DNA of 64,000 nucleotides from Octopus sinensis (lineage: Eukaryota), in assembly GCF_006345805.1 (NCBI RefSeq), contig NC_042997.1:40920001-40984000 (forward strand), read 5' to 3'. Shown here piece after piece: positions 50,546 through 63,370 of the stretch; positions within the stretch are counted from its first letter, which is position 1, and the number at the start of each line of letters is the position of its first letter. The notes beneath the pieces were generated by a model. That model searched no databases, was not told the origin of the DNA, and saw nothing but the letters and a program-made list of their open reading frames with translations. Made by a program: the position numbers and the translations under genes.

Positions 50546-51525
50546 TGTATGTATGTATGTATGTATGTATTTATGTACGTACGTACGTACAGCAATCGAT
50601 AACAATAACAATAGAGATTTTAGATGTCCAAACAGGGTTATTTCTCCCAATTATGTACCCAGCAATGTCAACAGAAACTTCCAGAATGAGTTCCATGTCA
50701 GTTGACAGATGTGTGTCATTGAAACTCTGCAAGCATTTAATAGTTCCAAACACTTTGTTAGAAAAGATCTATTAAAAGCCTGTCCCTTGCCAATATTTAC
50801 CATTGAACTTGTTTGGATGGCATTTTGTGGAACATCACTCTTCTACTCTCCCCATATTCATATTCACCATACACATTAAAATCTAATTCCAAAAGATGAT
50901 AAAATAGTTAGTGAGAGAAGATCATTTGAGATATCTAAATGGAGTGACCTCTGTTTATCAGATTTCTGTACAGTTATTAAATGTCCCTTAACCAATTTCT
51001 AGGCCGTAGCAGACATTGAATATTTCAATGAGAGTTAACAACACTGTATTGATTATCTCAGTATATCTATAATTGACACACTCAGAATGGTGATTGCTAG
51101 GCCTGGTGTTCGCTTGTTGATATTTCTGTCCAGTCCTGCCGACCTACCACTACACCTAGTCCTTCTTCCCCAAAACATTACCCCTCTGGAATTCTGCCCC
51201 TTCTCTTATCTTTCCTGCAATATTTTCATTTACAAAGGTTCAAGAGGAACATTAATGGATGGGGACAGACCCTTCCTCCCAATCCAAATAAAAGTGTTGG
51301 TTCCACAATAATAAAATACACCTGGTTTACTCTAGAGCAGAAGATGTTAGGAAGGGGACCTGGCAGTAGAAACGATGCCAAACATGGAATGTGTGGGCAA
51401 CATGGCATCCTCTCTGTGTGAGAAAGGATTCTAAACAGCAATCAATGTGGAGAGTGACTGCCCAGCTCAGGACAATAGGAAGGGCGGGTAGATGATGATG
51501 ATGATGTTGATTATAATATACTTAC

Positions 51526-51703
51526 CATTTTTACCACAATAGCTACGGTTGAATCCTGATTTATTTATTCCATCAACAGATCTTTCAGCAGTACCATGCC
51601 AAAGGCCATCAACTTCATTTGTAATGTTTCGATTTTCTGCCTCAAACTTTCTTTTCAATGCTTGGTATCCATGGTATAATGTTTTATTTTGAATTCTCTC
51701 AAT
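51526..51703 (-). CDS. PARP14: PARP14/15-like gene, ART domain exon with the catalytic His
   Basis: Acceptor ctacag|att, donor aatg|gtaagt; IERIQNKTLYHGYQALKRKFEAENRNITNEVDGLWHGTAERSVDGINKSGFNRSYCGKN; 178 nt, phase 0-1. Confidence 0.95.
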
Positions 51704-51974
51704 CTGTAGAAAGGAAAATTCACTTCTTTGACAAGGAAATAACGTTTGTGGTGAAAAACCCCGACCCTATCTGCTTTTATTTTCTTTTTTATTTGATACC
51801 AATTTTGATTCAACTGTAAATTTTGGTAAGGCACAATAGTTTAGCTGCAAAATGGTGTTGCATGTACAATTCAATGCAAGAAGTTAAAGCAGAGGTATTT
51901 TTGTTGAGCAAAGATTTCTTGTGAATATCCAAAAACACATAGAACAATCCCAAAATAAGTTCATACATCTTCAT

Positions 51975-52200
51975 CATCATCGTTTAATATCCACCTTCTA
52001 TGCTGGCATGGGTGGGATGGTTTGACAGGATCTGGCCAGCCAGAGGCCTGCACCAGACTTCTGTGTCTGTTTTGGCAGGCTTTATACAGCTGGATGCCCT
52101 TCCAAATGCCAACCACTTTACAGTGTGGAGTGGATGCTTTTTAAATGGCACCAGCACAGACAGGGTCACCAAGTAACTTGCAAGACAAGGATCCTTTGAG
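51975..52200 (-). mobile_element. RTE-type tail fragment
   Basis: catcatcatcgtttaatatcc...gctggcatgggtggg...ggatgcccttcc. Confidence 0.75.
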
Positions 52201-52486
52201 AAGGGAGGGGGCATTGGAGGAGGGGATCTTGTGTCAGATGTTGAAACCTTTCATATAATCTTTCATAGTGAGAAAGAAATAGGGGTCTTGTTGTAAGGAG
52301 GTACAAGGTTACCTGGCTAATGCGGGGACAGATATAGATAAATCAGGAACGAGGTTAGAAACAACCGTGCTGTCGCAAAGGACATACAATGAAATTAAAA
52401 TTTTTTATACAAATAAAATGTCTCTTAAAATTTTCTTAACAGCATGCCATCCAATATTGTTTATAAATAAAAGTAAAAATACTAAC

Positions 52487-52620
52487 TTTGATTATACGAC
52501 AGGAAGGCAAATTCCGACGGAAAGTGGCTTGGATGTTATCATATTCTGGTCCATTTGTGACTGGAACGATTTTAATTAATTCCTTGTCACCCATTGGTGA
52601 CCATGTATCAGGGGTCACTT
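52487..52620 (-). CDS. PARP14: PARP14/15-like gene, exon at the start of the ART domain
   Basis: Acceptor ctctag|aa, donor aaa|gttagt; EVTPDTWSPMGDKELIKIVPVTNGPEYDNIQATFRRNLPSCRIIK; 134 nt, phase 1-0. Confidence 0.92.
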
Positions 52621-52839
52621 CTAGAGTTCAAACAGAAATCAAATATTTCAGAATTAAAATAAAATTATGAACCCTTTTTCTGTTGAAAGTTTAGAAAAGA
52701 AAACAAGAATATTTTGATTAATAGACAAGAAATACTGAAACACAGCACTGTAGTTTTGTAGTAGTAGTAGTAGTAGTAGTTGTAGCAGCAGCAGCAGTAG
52801 TAGTGGTGGTGGTAGTAGTAGTAGCAGCAGCAGCAGCAA

Positions 52840-53960
52840 ATGATGGCTGTCCACTTGTGACCGAGGAAGACCATTGCTGACCTTCAGTAACATTGTGTGC
52901 TCTAGGACTAACGTATATTTTGCATTTGCAGCCCCAGTGGTGGCTAATGAGCCCTGCTCTTGACAAGCATACACGACTGCAAACATTGCAAACCTAGCTT
53001 TACCCATTCACTTCACCAGCTGTGCGCTTTTGAGCAGCACACTCAAGTTCTTCATGCAGAACACGTGCTCTCTCAAAGGTATTGACCCCACATCCTTAAC
53101 CTGCTTCGTCCTTCTGTGGCAATGACAGGTATTGCTCTCCTAGTCAGTCTCCTGCATATCACAGGCCTTTAATGAGGGCTTGACACAGTCCTTAAATTGC
53201 AGCTTTTGTTTCTGCCAGGGTTTCTTTCCATCCACAAGTTCTCCCCCCCCCCCCATATAGCATCTGTTTAGGGATCCTGCTATCCTTCATTCTAATAAGG
53301 AGTCCAGTCCAACGTAACCGGTGCTTGTGCACCATCACCTCAATACTCAAGATATCAGCTGTCCTTAGGACCTGTATGTCTGGAGTTTTTAAGGTCCTGC
53401 CAACATTCAGAACGTCTCTTAGACATCTCTGATGGAAGCATTCAAGGACTTTTACATGACGTTTGTAAAGGGTCCATGTCTCACATAAGTAAAGGAGTGA
53501 TGTCAGTACACATGCACGGTACACAGCAATTTTTGTTTACCTTGTGATGCCATGCTGGGACCAGATACGAGGCTGAAGAGACCAGAAGGAATCAGTTGCT
53601 CTCTGCAGCCTGGAAGATATTTCCTCATCCAGGGAGCAAGAACGGCTGGGTATGCTGCCTAGGTAGACAAACTTGTCTACCACATTCAGTATTGTTCCTT
53701 CAACCAAGATAGCTGATACCAGATATAGGTTTCCTGGTGCAGGCTGGAACATTACAAAAGTCTTGTCCAGGCTAATGCTGAGTCCACATGCCTTGCAAGA
53801 AGCAGAAATACGATTCATGAGTATTTGCATGTCATCCACTGTATGAGTGAGTAAGTCACAGTCATCTGCATAAAGGAGGTCATGATTAAGAGACCGGAAA
53901 AGTTCTGAATTGGCAGAAAATCTTGTGTCTGGACATTCTTTCTTTGCTCTGTATTGTTGT
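52840..53960 (-). mobile_element. 5'-truncated RTE/BovB-type LINE with a single C-terminal C2H2 finger
   Basis: LLYADDCDL, VYLGS, LLYLCETW, RIPKQMLYG; then VCNVCSRVCLSRAGLISH; tail cagccatcat next to a (CAG/TAG)n tract. Confidence 0.92.
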
Positions 53961-54492
53961 CTCACTCTTATAACAGACACAAACACTGTTGTTAGTAGTT
54001 AAAACAGACACACAGACACTCTTGTCACACACGCTGAGACAAACACTCTGCTAGCACTCACACACACTCTTATTGTACACTTCTGTAAACAAAAGTCTTT
54101 CTTTTCTCAAACAGTAGAACGGTTGTGTTTTTCTCCTTATTCTTTACTGGCACTCTTCATTCCTTCATTCCATTTATTTTGACTTATTCTTTTGTGGGAC
54201 AACCATGCGGCTTTTAAAAGGAGACATTTCTGTCACCATCTCCTTTACATAGGGTCGTTCACTACAAACTCATAAAGCAAAATAAGCCGAATATGCTCAT
54301 TTGTCACTTTCATTACAGCTTCGAAAAAATAATTGTTAAAATTGAACTGCACTCCTCAAAATTTGCACTAAGAATAAGGGCATGATAAAATTACTACCTG
54401 CCTTTATAGCAAGTTGATGCAGGTAGTTCATCCCGACTCTATCTGATTTTAGTTTAGGCAATTGAGAAAACCGTATTATTTATGGGATGACC

Positions 54493-54524
<32 letters not shown>

Positions 54525-54526
<2 letters not shown>

Positions 54527-56160
54527 CATCATCATCATTGTTGTCGTCCTTTAACGTCCGTTTTCATTGCTGGCATGGGTCAGACGATTTGTCTGATGGG
54601 TGGAAAGTCAGAAGGCTGCACCAGGCTCCAATCATATCTGACAGAGTTTCTGCAGCTGGATGCCCTTCCTAACACCAACCACTACACGAGTGTAGTGGGT
54701 GCTTTTTACATTCCAGTGGCACAAGTGCCAATTAGGCAGTACTGGCATTAACCATGCTTGAATGGTGCTTTTTATGTGCCACTAGCAGAGGAACCAGTCA
54801 AGCGGCACTAGCATTGACCATACTCAAATGATGCTTTTTACATGCCACCAGCATGGGTGGCAGTCAGGTGGTACTGGCATTGGCCACAACAATGATTTCA
54901 TTTGACTCAGCAGGTCTTCTCAAGCACAGTTTATTGACCAATGATTGACAGGTAATCTTAAATGGGCTGGTTATGCTACACTGGCCACGGTTATGGTCTC
55001 ACCTGGCTTACCAAGTCTTCTAAAGCACAGCATATCCCCAAAGATCTCGGTCACTTGTTATCGTCCCTGTGAGGCCAAACATTCAAAGGTCATGCTTCAC
55101 CTCCTCATCTCAGGTCTTACTGGGTCTACCTTTTCCAAAGGTCCCTCTAATGCTAGGGTGTGACTCCTTTTCACACAGCTGTCCTCATCTATATGTAACC
55201 CATGACCATACCAACACAATCATCTCTCTTGCACACCATATCTGATGCTTCTTATGTTAAACTTTTCTCTCGGGGTGCTCACACTCTGACATGTATGCAC
55301 ACTGACATTACACATCCAGTGGAGCATACTAGCTTCATTTCTTGCAAGCTTACACATGTTTTCAGCAGTCACAGCCCATGTTTCACTGCCATGTAGCATA
55401 GCTGTTCACATACATGCATCATACAGTCTACCTTTTACTCTGAGTGAGAGGCATTTTGTCACTAGCAGAGGTAGGTGCTCTCTGAATTTTGCCAGGCTAT
55501 TCTTATTTTAGCAGCTACACTCCAGGAGCATCCACCCCACCCCACCACTAACTTGGTCACCTAGGTAATAGAAGCTATCAGCTACTTCTAGTTTTTCTCC
55601 CTGGCATGTGACAGAAGCTGTTTTCTGTGCATTTGCCACACACAAAAACTATCTTCTCAGTTAGCCTTCCTTTGATATTGCTGCACCTCTTATGTGTCTA
55701 AAGCTTGCACCGTGTACATCTTATGGACTTTCAACCTATACTTTTTCTACAGACCAAGCAGGGTCATCTACCTGAAGGGATTTGTGATTTGTCTGCCTTC
55801 CTACTTATTAGGACTTTGGTTTTAGCTAGGTTGACTCTAAGGCTCTTTGATTCTAGACCTTGCTTCCACATCTGAAACTCCTCCTGTTGTTCTGATAGTG
55901 ACTCAGCAATTAGTGCAAGGTCATCAGTATAGAGGAGCTCCCAGAGGCATCCTGTCTTGAATTCCTCCATTATTTCCTGGAGGACTATGATAAATAGGAG
56001 GGGGCTGAGGACTGAACCTTGGTGGACCCCTACCTCTACCCTGAATTCTTCACTACACTCATTGCCAATCTTCACCTTAATGATAGTATCCATGTACATA
56101 GCTTGTACAGCTCTCACTAACCATATCTATCCTGAGTTTCCACATTGACCACCAGATAAG
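54525..56160 (-). mobile_element. 5'-truncated RTE-clade LINE (PHD-in-RT family), decayed
   Basis: ORF 56117-55764 (EEFRVEVGVHQGSVLSPLLF, LLYTDD) through to the 3' UTR and (GAT)n tail. Confidence 0.92.
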
Positions 56161-56344
56161 GGATCAGCGGACTAGCTTTAAAAGTTGAACTCCTAGCAGA
56201 CTTTTCAGCTCACTCATGAAGAGGGCTCATTGGGCATGTCGTCCAAAACTAAAGGGAGCTAAATAGCATGATTATGATACATCTATAATGAGTATACGCC
56301 CTAGTAGCTTTTGATCAGAAGTTAAGGATGAATGAAAATTAATT

Positions 56345-57365
56345 CTAAGGTGAGGGTTGGCAACGAGTATAGTGAAGAATTCAAGATAGAAGTAGGGGTT
56401 CACCAAGGATCAGTCTTCAGTCTCCTCATTCATTATAGTCCTCCAGACAATAACAGAGGAATTCAAGACAGGCTACCCCTGGAAGCTTCTCTATGCTCAT
56501 GACCTTGCTCTAATAGCCGAGAACTAGAGACAAAGTTTCGGGTGTGGAAGCAAGGTCTAGAATGGAAGGGCCTCTGGGTATACCTAGCAAAAACCTAAGT
56601 CTTAGTAAGTATGATGCATGTGTGCAAACTGTCATGCTACACGGCAGTAAAACATGGGCCATGACTGCTGAGGACGTGTAAGCTTACAAGAAATGAAGCT
56701 TGTATGCTCCACTGGATGTGTAATGTCAGTGTGCATACACAACAGAGTGTAAACACCCTGAGAGAAAAGTTGGACCATAAGAAGCATCAAATGTGGTGGG
56801 CAAGAGAGACGACTGTGCTGGTATGGTCATGTGTTATGTATGGATGAGGACAGCTGTGTGGGGAAGTGCCACTCCCTAACTGTGTAAGGAACCTGTGGAA
56901 GAGGTAGACCCAGGAAGACCTGAGATGAGGTGGCAATGACGGAAAAACAAGACCTTTGGAGATATGATGTGATTGAGAAGACCCTGCAACTAAAGTGGGA
57001 TCACAGCCATGGCCAATGCCAGTGTTGCATGTCTGGCCCATTTAAGAGTACCTTTGATGTGTCGGGCAATATGATATGCTTGAGAAATCCTGTTGAGTGA
57101 AGTAAAACCAAAATCGTAGCTGTGGCCAGTGCCCCCTCACTCACTCCTGTTCCAGTGGTTTGTAAAATGCATCATCCAAATGTGGTCGATGCCAGGTTCA
57201 CCTAACTGGCTCCCATGCCAGTGGCATGTAAAAGGCACCCACTGCACTCTCGGAGTGGTTGGCATTAGGAAGGACATCCAGCTGTAGAAGCATGCTGGCT
57301 CTCCAAACCTGTTAAACCGTCCAACCCATGCCAGTATGGAAAACAGACGTTAAAACGATGATGAT
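56345..57365 (+). mobile_element. 5'-truncated, internally deleted RTE-clade LINE, inverted relative to 54525-56160
   Basis: KVRVGNEYSEEFKIEVGVHQG at the start; ends gaaaacagacgttaaaacgatgatgat. Confidence 0.88.
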
Positions 57366-57788
57366 CATCATCATTATGAATCATTCTATTGTTCCAGTCC
57401 CAAGCTGAATTCCAACTGTTGGCCAATTTCTCCCAAAGTTCTTATCTCAATGTAAAATTAACAAAGTGAATGTCATCTATCTCCCCTCTGGATTTCTGAC
57501 GTCAACTGACAAATGCCATCCAGGATGGTGTGAATCAGCCAAGCTTTACCTGCTAGAAATAACAACCTAAATGCTTTTAAATCAGATCCCAATGCTGGAT
57601 GTTCGAGAACCAAATAAATGACAGATTTTCAATCCTGAGATCATTCTAATTCCAAAAAGGTATATTTCTATGTTGAGCAATTGTAGACTGAAATACAGAC
57701 AGACAGAATTTCACTTTTATTATAATAGATAAAAAAAAATCAACAAAAAATAAATGAGAATGTCTTTATAGTAAAAATATGCACGTAC

Positions 57789-58158
57789 CATCCTTTAGGT
57801 TTTGTTGTCTCTTCATTTTATATTTCCTCCCTCTGAGTTGAAAACTCATTTTCTTAATATCAAATTTTATGTTTTCCCAATCAAGGGTTTTTTTCTTCTG
57901 TAAGTATGCTTTCTCAAGCTTGGCATTTACTTTGTCTTCAAACAGTTTTCGGTTTGCTGGAAAATTTTCATCAAAGTAAGACCATTGTACCATTGTTTTA
58001 AGAAGAGTTTCCTCGTCAGTTTCTTTGAATCCCATTAATAATGATTGGACAGAGAGTTTGGCATCTTTTACAAGAGAATGTCTGCCATAAATTGTAATTT
58101 TGTTACTGATAGAAATATGGACTTCATGTGTTCTACTAATATCCCTTAAACTCAGCTT
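57789..58158 (-). CDS. PARP14: PARP14/15-like gene, exon encoding a KH-like segment and a WWE domain
   Basis: Acceptor ttttcag|aag, donor gatg|gtacgt; KLSLRDISRTHEVHISISNKITIYGRHSLVKDAKLSVQSLL...VQWSYFDENFPANRKLFEDKVNAKLEKAYLQKKKTLDWENIKFDIKKMSFQLRGRKYKMKRQ; 370 nt, phase 0-1, splices in frame to 52620. Confidence 0.9.
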
Positions 58159-58559
58159 CTGAAAATAAAATCAACAAAATATATCAAGGAAGAGAGAGAG
58201 AGAACACCACCACTGCCACTAATACCTGTTACCAAGAATCACTATAAATGTTCCTAACAATCCTAAATTGACCACCATGTAGAAATACATTTTCCACAGT
58301 GGGTTGCTCTTCATTTGTTAATTTTGTTTTTGAAGACTTAATGTGAAAAATAATTTAACGTACACACTCAACTCTGAGTAAGTCTATGTGCAAATAAATA
58401 TATATACATATATACTAACTTGTATTCACATTTACTAATGCTACGGTGCCTCCCCCCCCCCCACATCATACACATTTATGCACATGAATCTAACTGAACA
58501 ACTAGGAAGGAATTCAATATGAATGGAGGACTCCTGCCTGTGGGAGGGTTTTTGACATC

Positions 58560-59450
58560 TGAAGTTACTTGTTCTAGCCTGATGTAAGGAATTCTTCTTT
58601 TCCAATAGTTTAATCTGTTGTGTGCATAAGAAATAACAATAATGATACCCAACAAAACAAGGGCAATCTCAGTTATTGAATCCTTCCTTATTAACAAATT
58701 GAAACCATCCATTAACAACTGGAAGGAACTACACAAAGCACTTTGAGATTTCGCATTTGACTGGATAATATGATGTGGATGATCAGATCGGTGGTGGAGG
58801 TAAATGTGGACTCGCAAAATAACTCTGTCACTATTCTCCCTAAAGACAACTTAACTTTGGTGTCCAAAAATTCAACGCTTGTTTTTGAAAAACTAGATGT
58901 AAGTTTTCTGTTGGACCTAAAGCCATAGCTTTTAGCATAATTCACACAAATGCAAGAAGTCACTTAAACTATCCCGGTGATCCTTCTCAGACAAAAAAGC
59001 TGTCATCAATTAACTGTAACCAGAGTATTGGTTCATGACTATATAGGGATTTGAATGTGTTCATTAACTATGTCTTGAATTTTGTCATGAAGACATTTGT
59101 GAAATTAACTGCCATGGGTGCCCCCATGGTGCAGCCCCTTGTCTGGTGGTAAAATTTTGTCCAAATTTCATTGTGTTACTTCGTAACACAAACACCAATA
59201 ACCTACAAAAAAACTATGATGGAATGCTTTTGTTTGACCGCTTTTCAAAGGCATTCATGCATGCTTCTACCCCTTCATCATGGTCAATATTCGGATATAA
59301 GGAAGAAACGTCCATGGTTATCAAAAACCACTTTTTTGACATGGATTTGGGGCTTTAAAATGATTTGTACTGACAGAGGTGATAACTGGAAACATACAAA
59401 TGCTTCTGTTCATCATTATGTCAAATGCAGTTACAGTGAATCATGATAAA
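58560..59450 (-). mobile_element. Penelope-like element reverse transcriptase, decayed
   Basis: [63 protein letters not shown] in broken frames. Confidence 0.85.
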
Positions 59451-59949
59451 AGGAAATAGCAAATGACATAGCTAAGCCGGGTCATAGTGCTAGTGCATGC
59501 ATATACAGCTGCGTGCGTGTGCACATACACGCGAGTACTGTCCAAATCTCTGACCAATCTCATACAGCTAGCTGGCATTCAATTGGCATATCAAGTTTCG
59601 GGCATTTTGATTGGGTTTTGGATAGAAAATTCACAAAGAAGTCACTTCTATTGATTTTTGAATGGCTTTGCAGGGTGACTGAGGAAATGTAAAGATGTGC
59701 ACGACCACCTTTGGATGGTTTTCAATGACCATAGAAAGTGCAAGCTCTCTAACTGAAAAATTTTGCCGTTTATGTTTATAAGAGATTAGCAAACAAAGTC
59801 AAACACAATACAATATGTGAGAGAAATTCTAGCACTGAAATTTCTCTGGCATTTCAAAAGTGTTGCCTGAAAGATACCAGCATGTGGCAGAAAAATATCC
59901 CTGTTTCAAACAGAAATTTCCTCAGCCACCCATTCTAGCCGTTAGATAG

Positions 59950-60500
59950 TGTAGAAATATAAGAGAATTGTTGACCTTTATTTCTGACTCCAAGGAAACT
60001 AACATTGGAGTATCTGCATGCTGTGCCTTGAAAACCAGTCGTAAAAAAAAGGTAAGCCCTGTTCATTGTGCAACAACATGAGTCAAGGGAATTCCATCAG
60101 GAATCATAACAGAAATGTTATGATTTATACAGAAGGTGGGATATATAGAGATTCCCATTTGGTGTATGCAGCAGGATGCATGAAACACAACTTGGTTTAT
60201 GTTGGTTGTACATCAGAACAATCAAACAAAAGACTTAATGGGCACAGATATGATGTCAGGCACATTAATATTAGAGTAGTTCGACAGAACTTGCTGAACA
60301 TTTCGCTTCAAGCGGCTGCAATTATGAAGAAGACTTGAAAGTGCATATTCTCAGAAAATATTCTGAATCTGCTTCACTTTCACTTCTCAAAATGCATGAG
60401 GAGAAATATGTTTGCGGGTTATTAACATCACGCCCTGGAGGAATGAATAAAATGACAGGAGAATATCATCAAATTCATACAAAACTGTTTGATTAGATAG
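59950..60500 (+). mobile_element. Penelope-like element GIY-YIG endonuclease and ORF end
   Basis: PCSLC...LVYAAGCMKHNLVYVGCTSEQSNKRLNGHR, then after a frameshift ELAEHF...LKVHIL...HEEKYVCGL...PGGMN. Confidence 0.85.
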
Positions 60501-60785
60501 TCTTTTTCTTTTTCCTTTTAATTTTTCATTCCTCTATTTTTCTGTCTTTTTCATTTTGTCTGTTATAAAATTGAAACTTAAAGACCGATGATGTCATTCC
60601 ATCAACGTTTGGACACTGGTTGCTCTCATTCATACTTTGGATTTAGATTTCTATAATTTTGAATTTTTATCACTTTGCATTTTGAACTCAACAAAGACAG
60701 GCTTACTGTTGAAATATCCTTCAACCAATAAAAATAGCTATTGCAATTGCATCGCGCTATTTGTCTTATCTGTTTACCTTTTAAA

Positions 60786-60824
<39 letters not shown>

Positions 60825-60913
60825 TATTCATAATAATAATGATAATGATATTAATAATAATAATAATAATAATAATGATATTAATAATAATAATAATAAT
60901 AATAATGATATTG

Positions 60914-60955
<42 letters not shown>
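60786..60955. repeat. (AAT)n trinucleotide microsatellite
   Basis: Long AAT run with periodic GAT/ATT interruptions; poly-N and poly-I ORFs are artefacts. Confidence 0.97.
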
Positions 60956-62039
60956 GAAAGTTTTGATGGGAAGATTTTAGTTTATATACAAACAAACCTA
61001 GTTTTTCATTTTATTTATCCCAAAGGGATGAAAGGTAATGAAGACCACCACAGGGTTTGAACTCAGCATGCAAAAAGCCAAAATCCTGCAATACTGCAAG
61101 GCAATTTTACCAATGTTCTTAGAATTCTACTGGTCTGCCACCTCAAAATAATAATGATGATAATGATGGTGGTGCTGGTGGTGATGATTTTTTTATTAGC
61201 CACTAGGTTCAAAGAAAGACAAAGACAATAAGAAAATGATAAACATGGTAAGGGTTTACAAATAACAATAGAATTTGCCAAAAGGAAGGCTAACTGCTTC
61301 AAAGGCAAAGTAGGAAACTCCACTAAAACTCAATGGTCCTGACCAGCAAGGGCAAGCGCTCTCTCTCATCTATTGTTTCTCAAACAACAGGGCCATGCTC
61401 AGAGCAGGGTTGTTCACTGCATGACATTATCAACAAGAGCACTACGAGAGCACAAATTTCCACCAAGGTAACACCAATGTCCTCTCAATGATTAACCAGA
61501 GATGGTTTTTAAAATGAGAATATCTAAAAATGAATCCAATGGCTCTCAAAAATTAAGCAAAAAAAAAAAACAACCCAAAAAATAATCCAGAATCCTTGTC
61601 CAGTACCTGATCGATCCCAATGGTAGTCATGGAATGTGAAGGTGGCAGTATAAAATTTAGTAACGGTAAAAAATAGTATATCCTTATCTAATACAAGCCA
61701 AAGTCAACAATTTCACCATTCAAAATAGTTTCAAAGATAGGGTTAATAAAGTTCTACTCAGGAATTTTTAAACGAATAGCATGAGACCTTTTCGTTTTCT
61801 CTTCTCTTAAATTACAGCCTACCTTTGATATTCCTGTTGTTTTAGATCGATGTATAGATGTGTGTATATATGTAAGTATACTGTAAAGCGTTAATATGTA
61901 TGTATAATATATAATATATGTGAGAGAAAGTTGAGTTCTCTTTCATCCTTTATTTTGGTTGGTTCCAAAGGTCGGTTTCTTATAAAGATTCTTCATATTT
62001 CATTGGTCGCTTACTGTTGTAAGAATAGTGAATATGAAA

Positions 62040-62535
62040 ATGCTACAAGTATAAGGTGTGTTATGAGAAACAGCTAAGACTCTACTCCCTGGAGAGAAGA
62101 TGGGAGAGGCATGCAGTAATATATATCTTGAAGATCCTGGAAGGAATTGTGCCAAATTTTGGCACTGACAGCTACACCAATGCCAGAACGGGACGACGCT
62201 GCATAGTGCCAAAGATCCCAGCAATGCCATCACGCTTCAGGACCAGTTACTGCAACAGCCTGGGTTTCAAGGGCCCACAGCTTTTCAATATTCTCTCAAA
62301 GAGTCTGAAGAACTTGCACAAAGTAGATGTAGCAGTTTTTAAATCAAAGCTGGACATCTTCCTGTCGAGAGTCCCAGATGAACCTACCTCACAGCAAGAG
62401 GTGCAAATGAGAGTAGCTATATCAAACTCCATTCTTCACCAAGTGCCACATATTAGAGGAGGCTCTTAGTAATAACAGTGTAGCACAAAACGGCGGTGCA
62501 CCAGCATGGCCGCAGCTCTGAGCTGAAACTAAAAG
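62040..62535 (+). mobile_element. 3' end of a CR1/L2-group LINE (ORF2 C-terminus plus tail)
   Basis: L.LYSLERR.ER...Y..KIL.G.V.N, LFNIL, FK.KLD.FL..VPDEP; tail acggcggtgcaccagcatggccgcagctctgagctgaaac (also at about 34955-35000). Confidence 0.85.
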
Positions 62536-63126
62536 AAGAAAAAAAAAGAGTTTATAGAACAAATATCCTATACTGTTAAAGATGGAGAAAAGAAGATGTT
62601 AAAAGTTTGAAAAGAATTTAATCCATGCATGCGATTGTTTCAAACAGAAACATAAACATGTCAATAACATAATAGGAAAATTAGAAATCAATGTAATTAT
62701 AATTTTCTTATATTCACGTTCACATTACCTTATATTAGTTAGGAAATTATTTATAAAATATTACTATAGATTTTTCACCTCCTTTATGCCAAACTAGATT
62801 CTCGACTCATATTGAAATTTTTAATATTTATACAAAGACATAGTCAACCTACAAAATATAGAAACGTACAATTTTTTAAAATAACACTTTTACGACTTGG
62901 TCTCAGCCGTATTTCCCATACATTGTTATTTTTTCTCAACCTCTCAAAAACACTTGATTATCATCGAACGGTTTTTTTCAATATTCTTAACCACAGCAAG
63001 TAATTTCTTTCTTTATTCTGTAATATTAACAACTATTCTTCTATCTTTATCTTATATTTATTTCACACAAACAAATATTAGTTTTTTCACTAAAAAAACT
63101 TTCCCTATTGTATTAGCTATTGATTG

Positions 63127-63370
63127 TGGAGGCACGTGGCTTAGTGATTAGGGTGTCAGCATCATGATTGTAAGATTGTGGTTTCGATTCCTGGACCGGG
63201 TGACGCATTGTGTTCTTGAGCAAAACACTTCATTTCACGTTGTTCCAGTCCACTCAGCTGGCAAAAATGAGTAACGCTATGATGGACTGGCGTCCCATCC
63301 AGCTGGGGAACACATATGCCATAGAAACCAGGAAACCAGGTCCATGAACCTGGTTAGGCTTTAAAAAGGG
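63127..63370 (+). mobile_element. tRNA-derived SINE
   Basis: A-box-like tggcttagtgatt and B-box-like gtttcgattcc, then a tgtgttcttgagcaaaacact...cactcagctg...gactggcgtcccatccag core. Confidence 0.8.

Noticed and set aside
56210-56262. AUGAAGA-GGGC...GUCC-AAAAC in the spacer of the inverted RTE pair
   Set aside because: Both conserved core segments are mutated; insufficient support.
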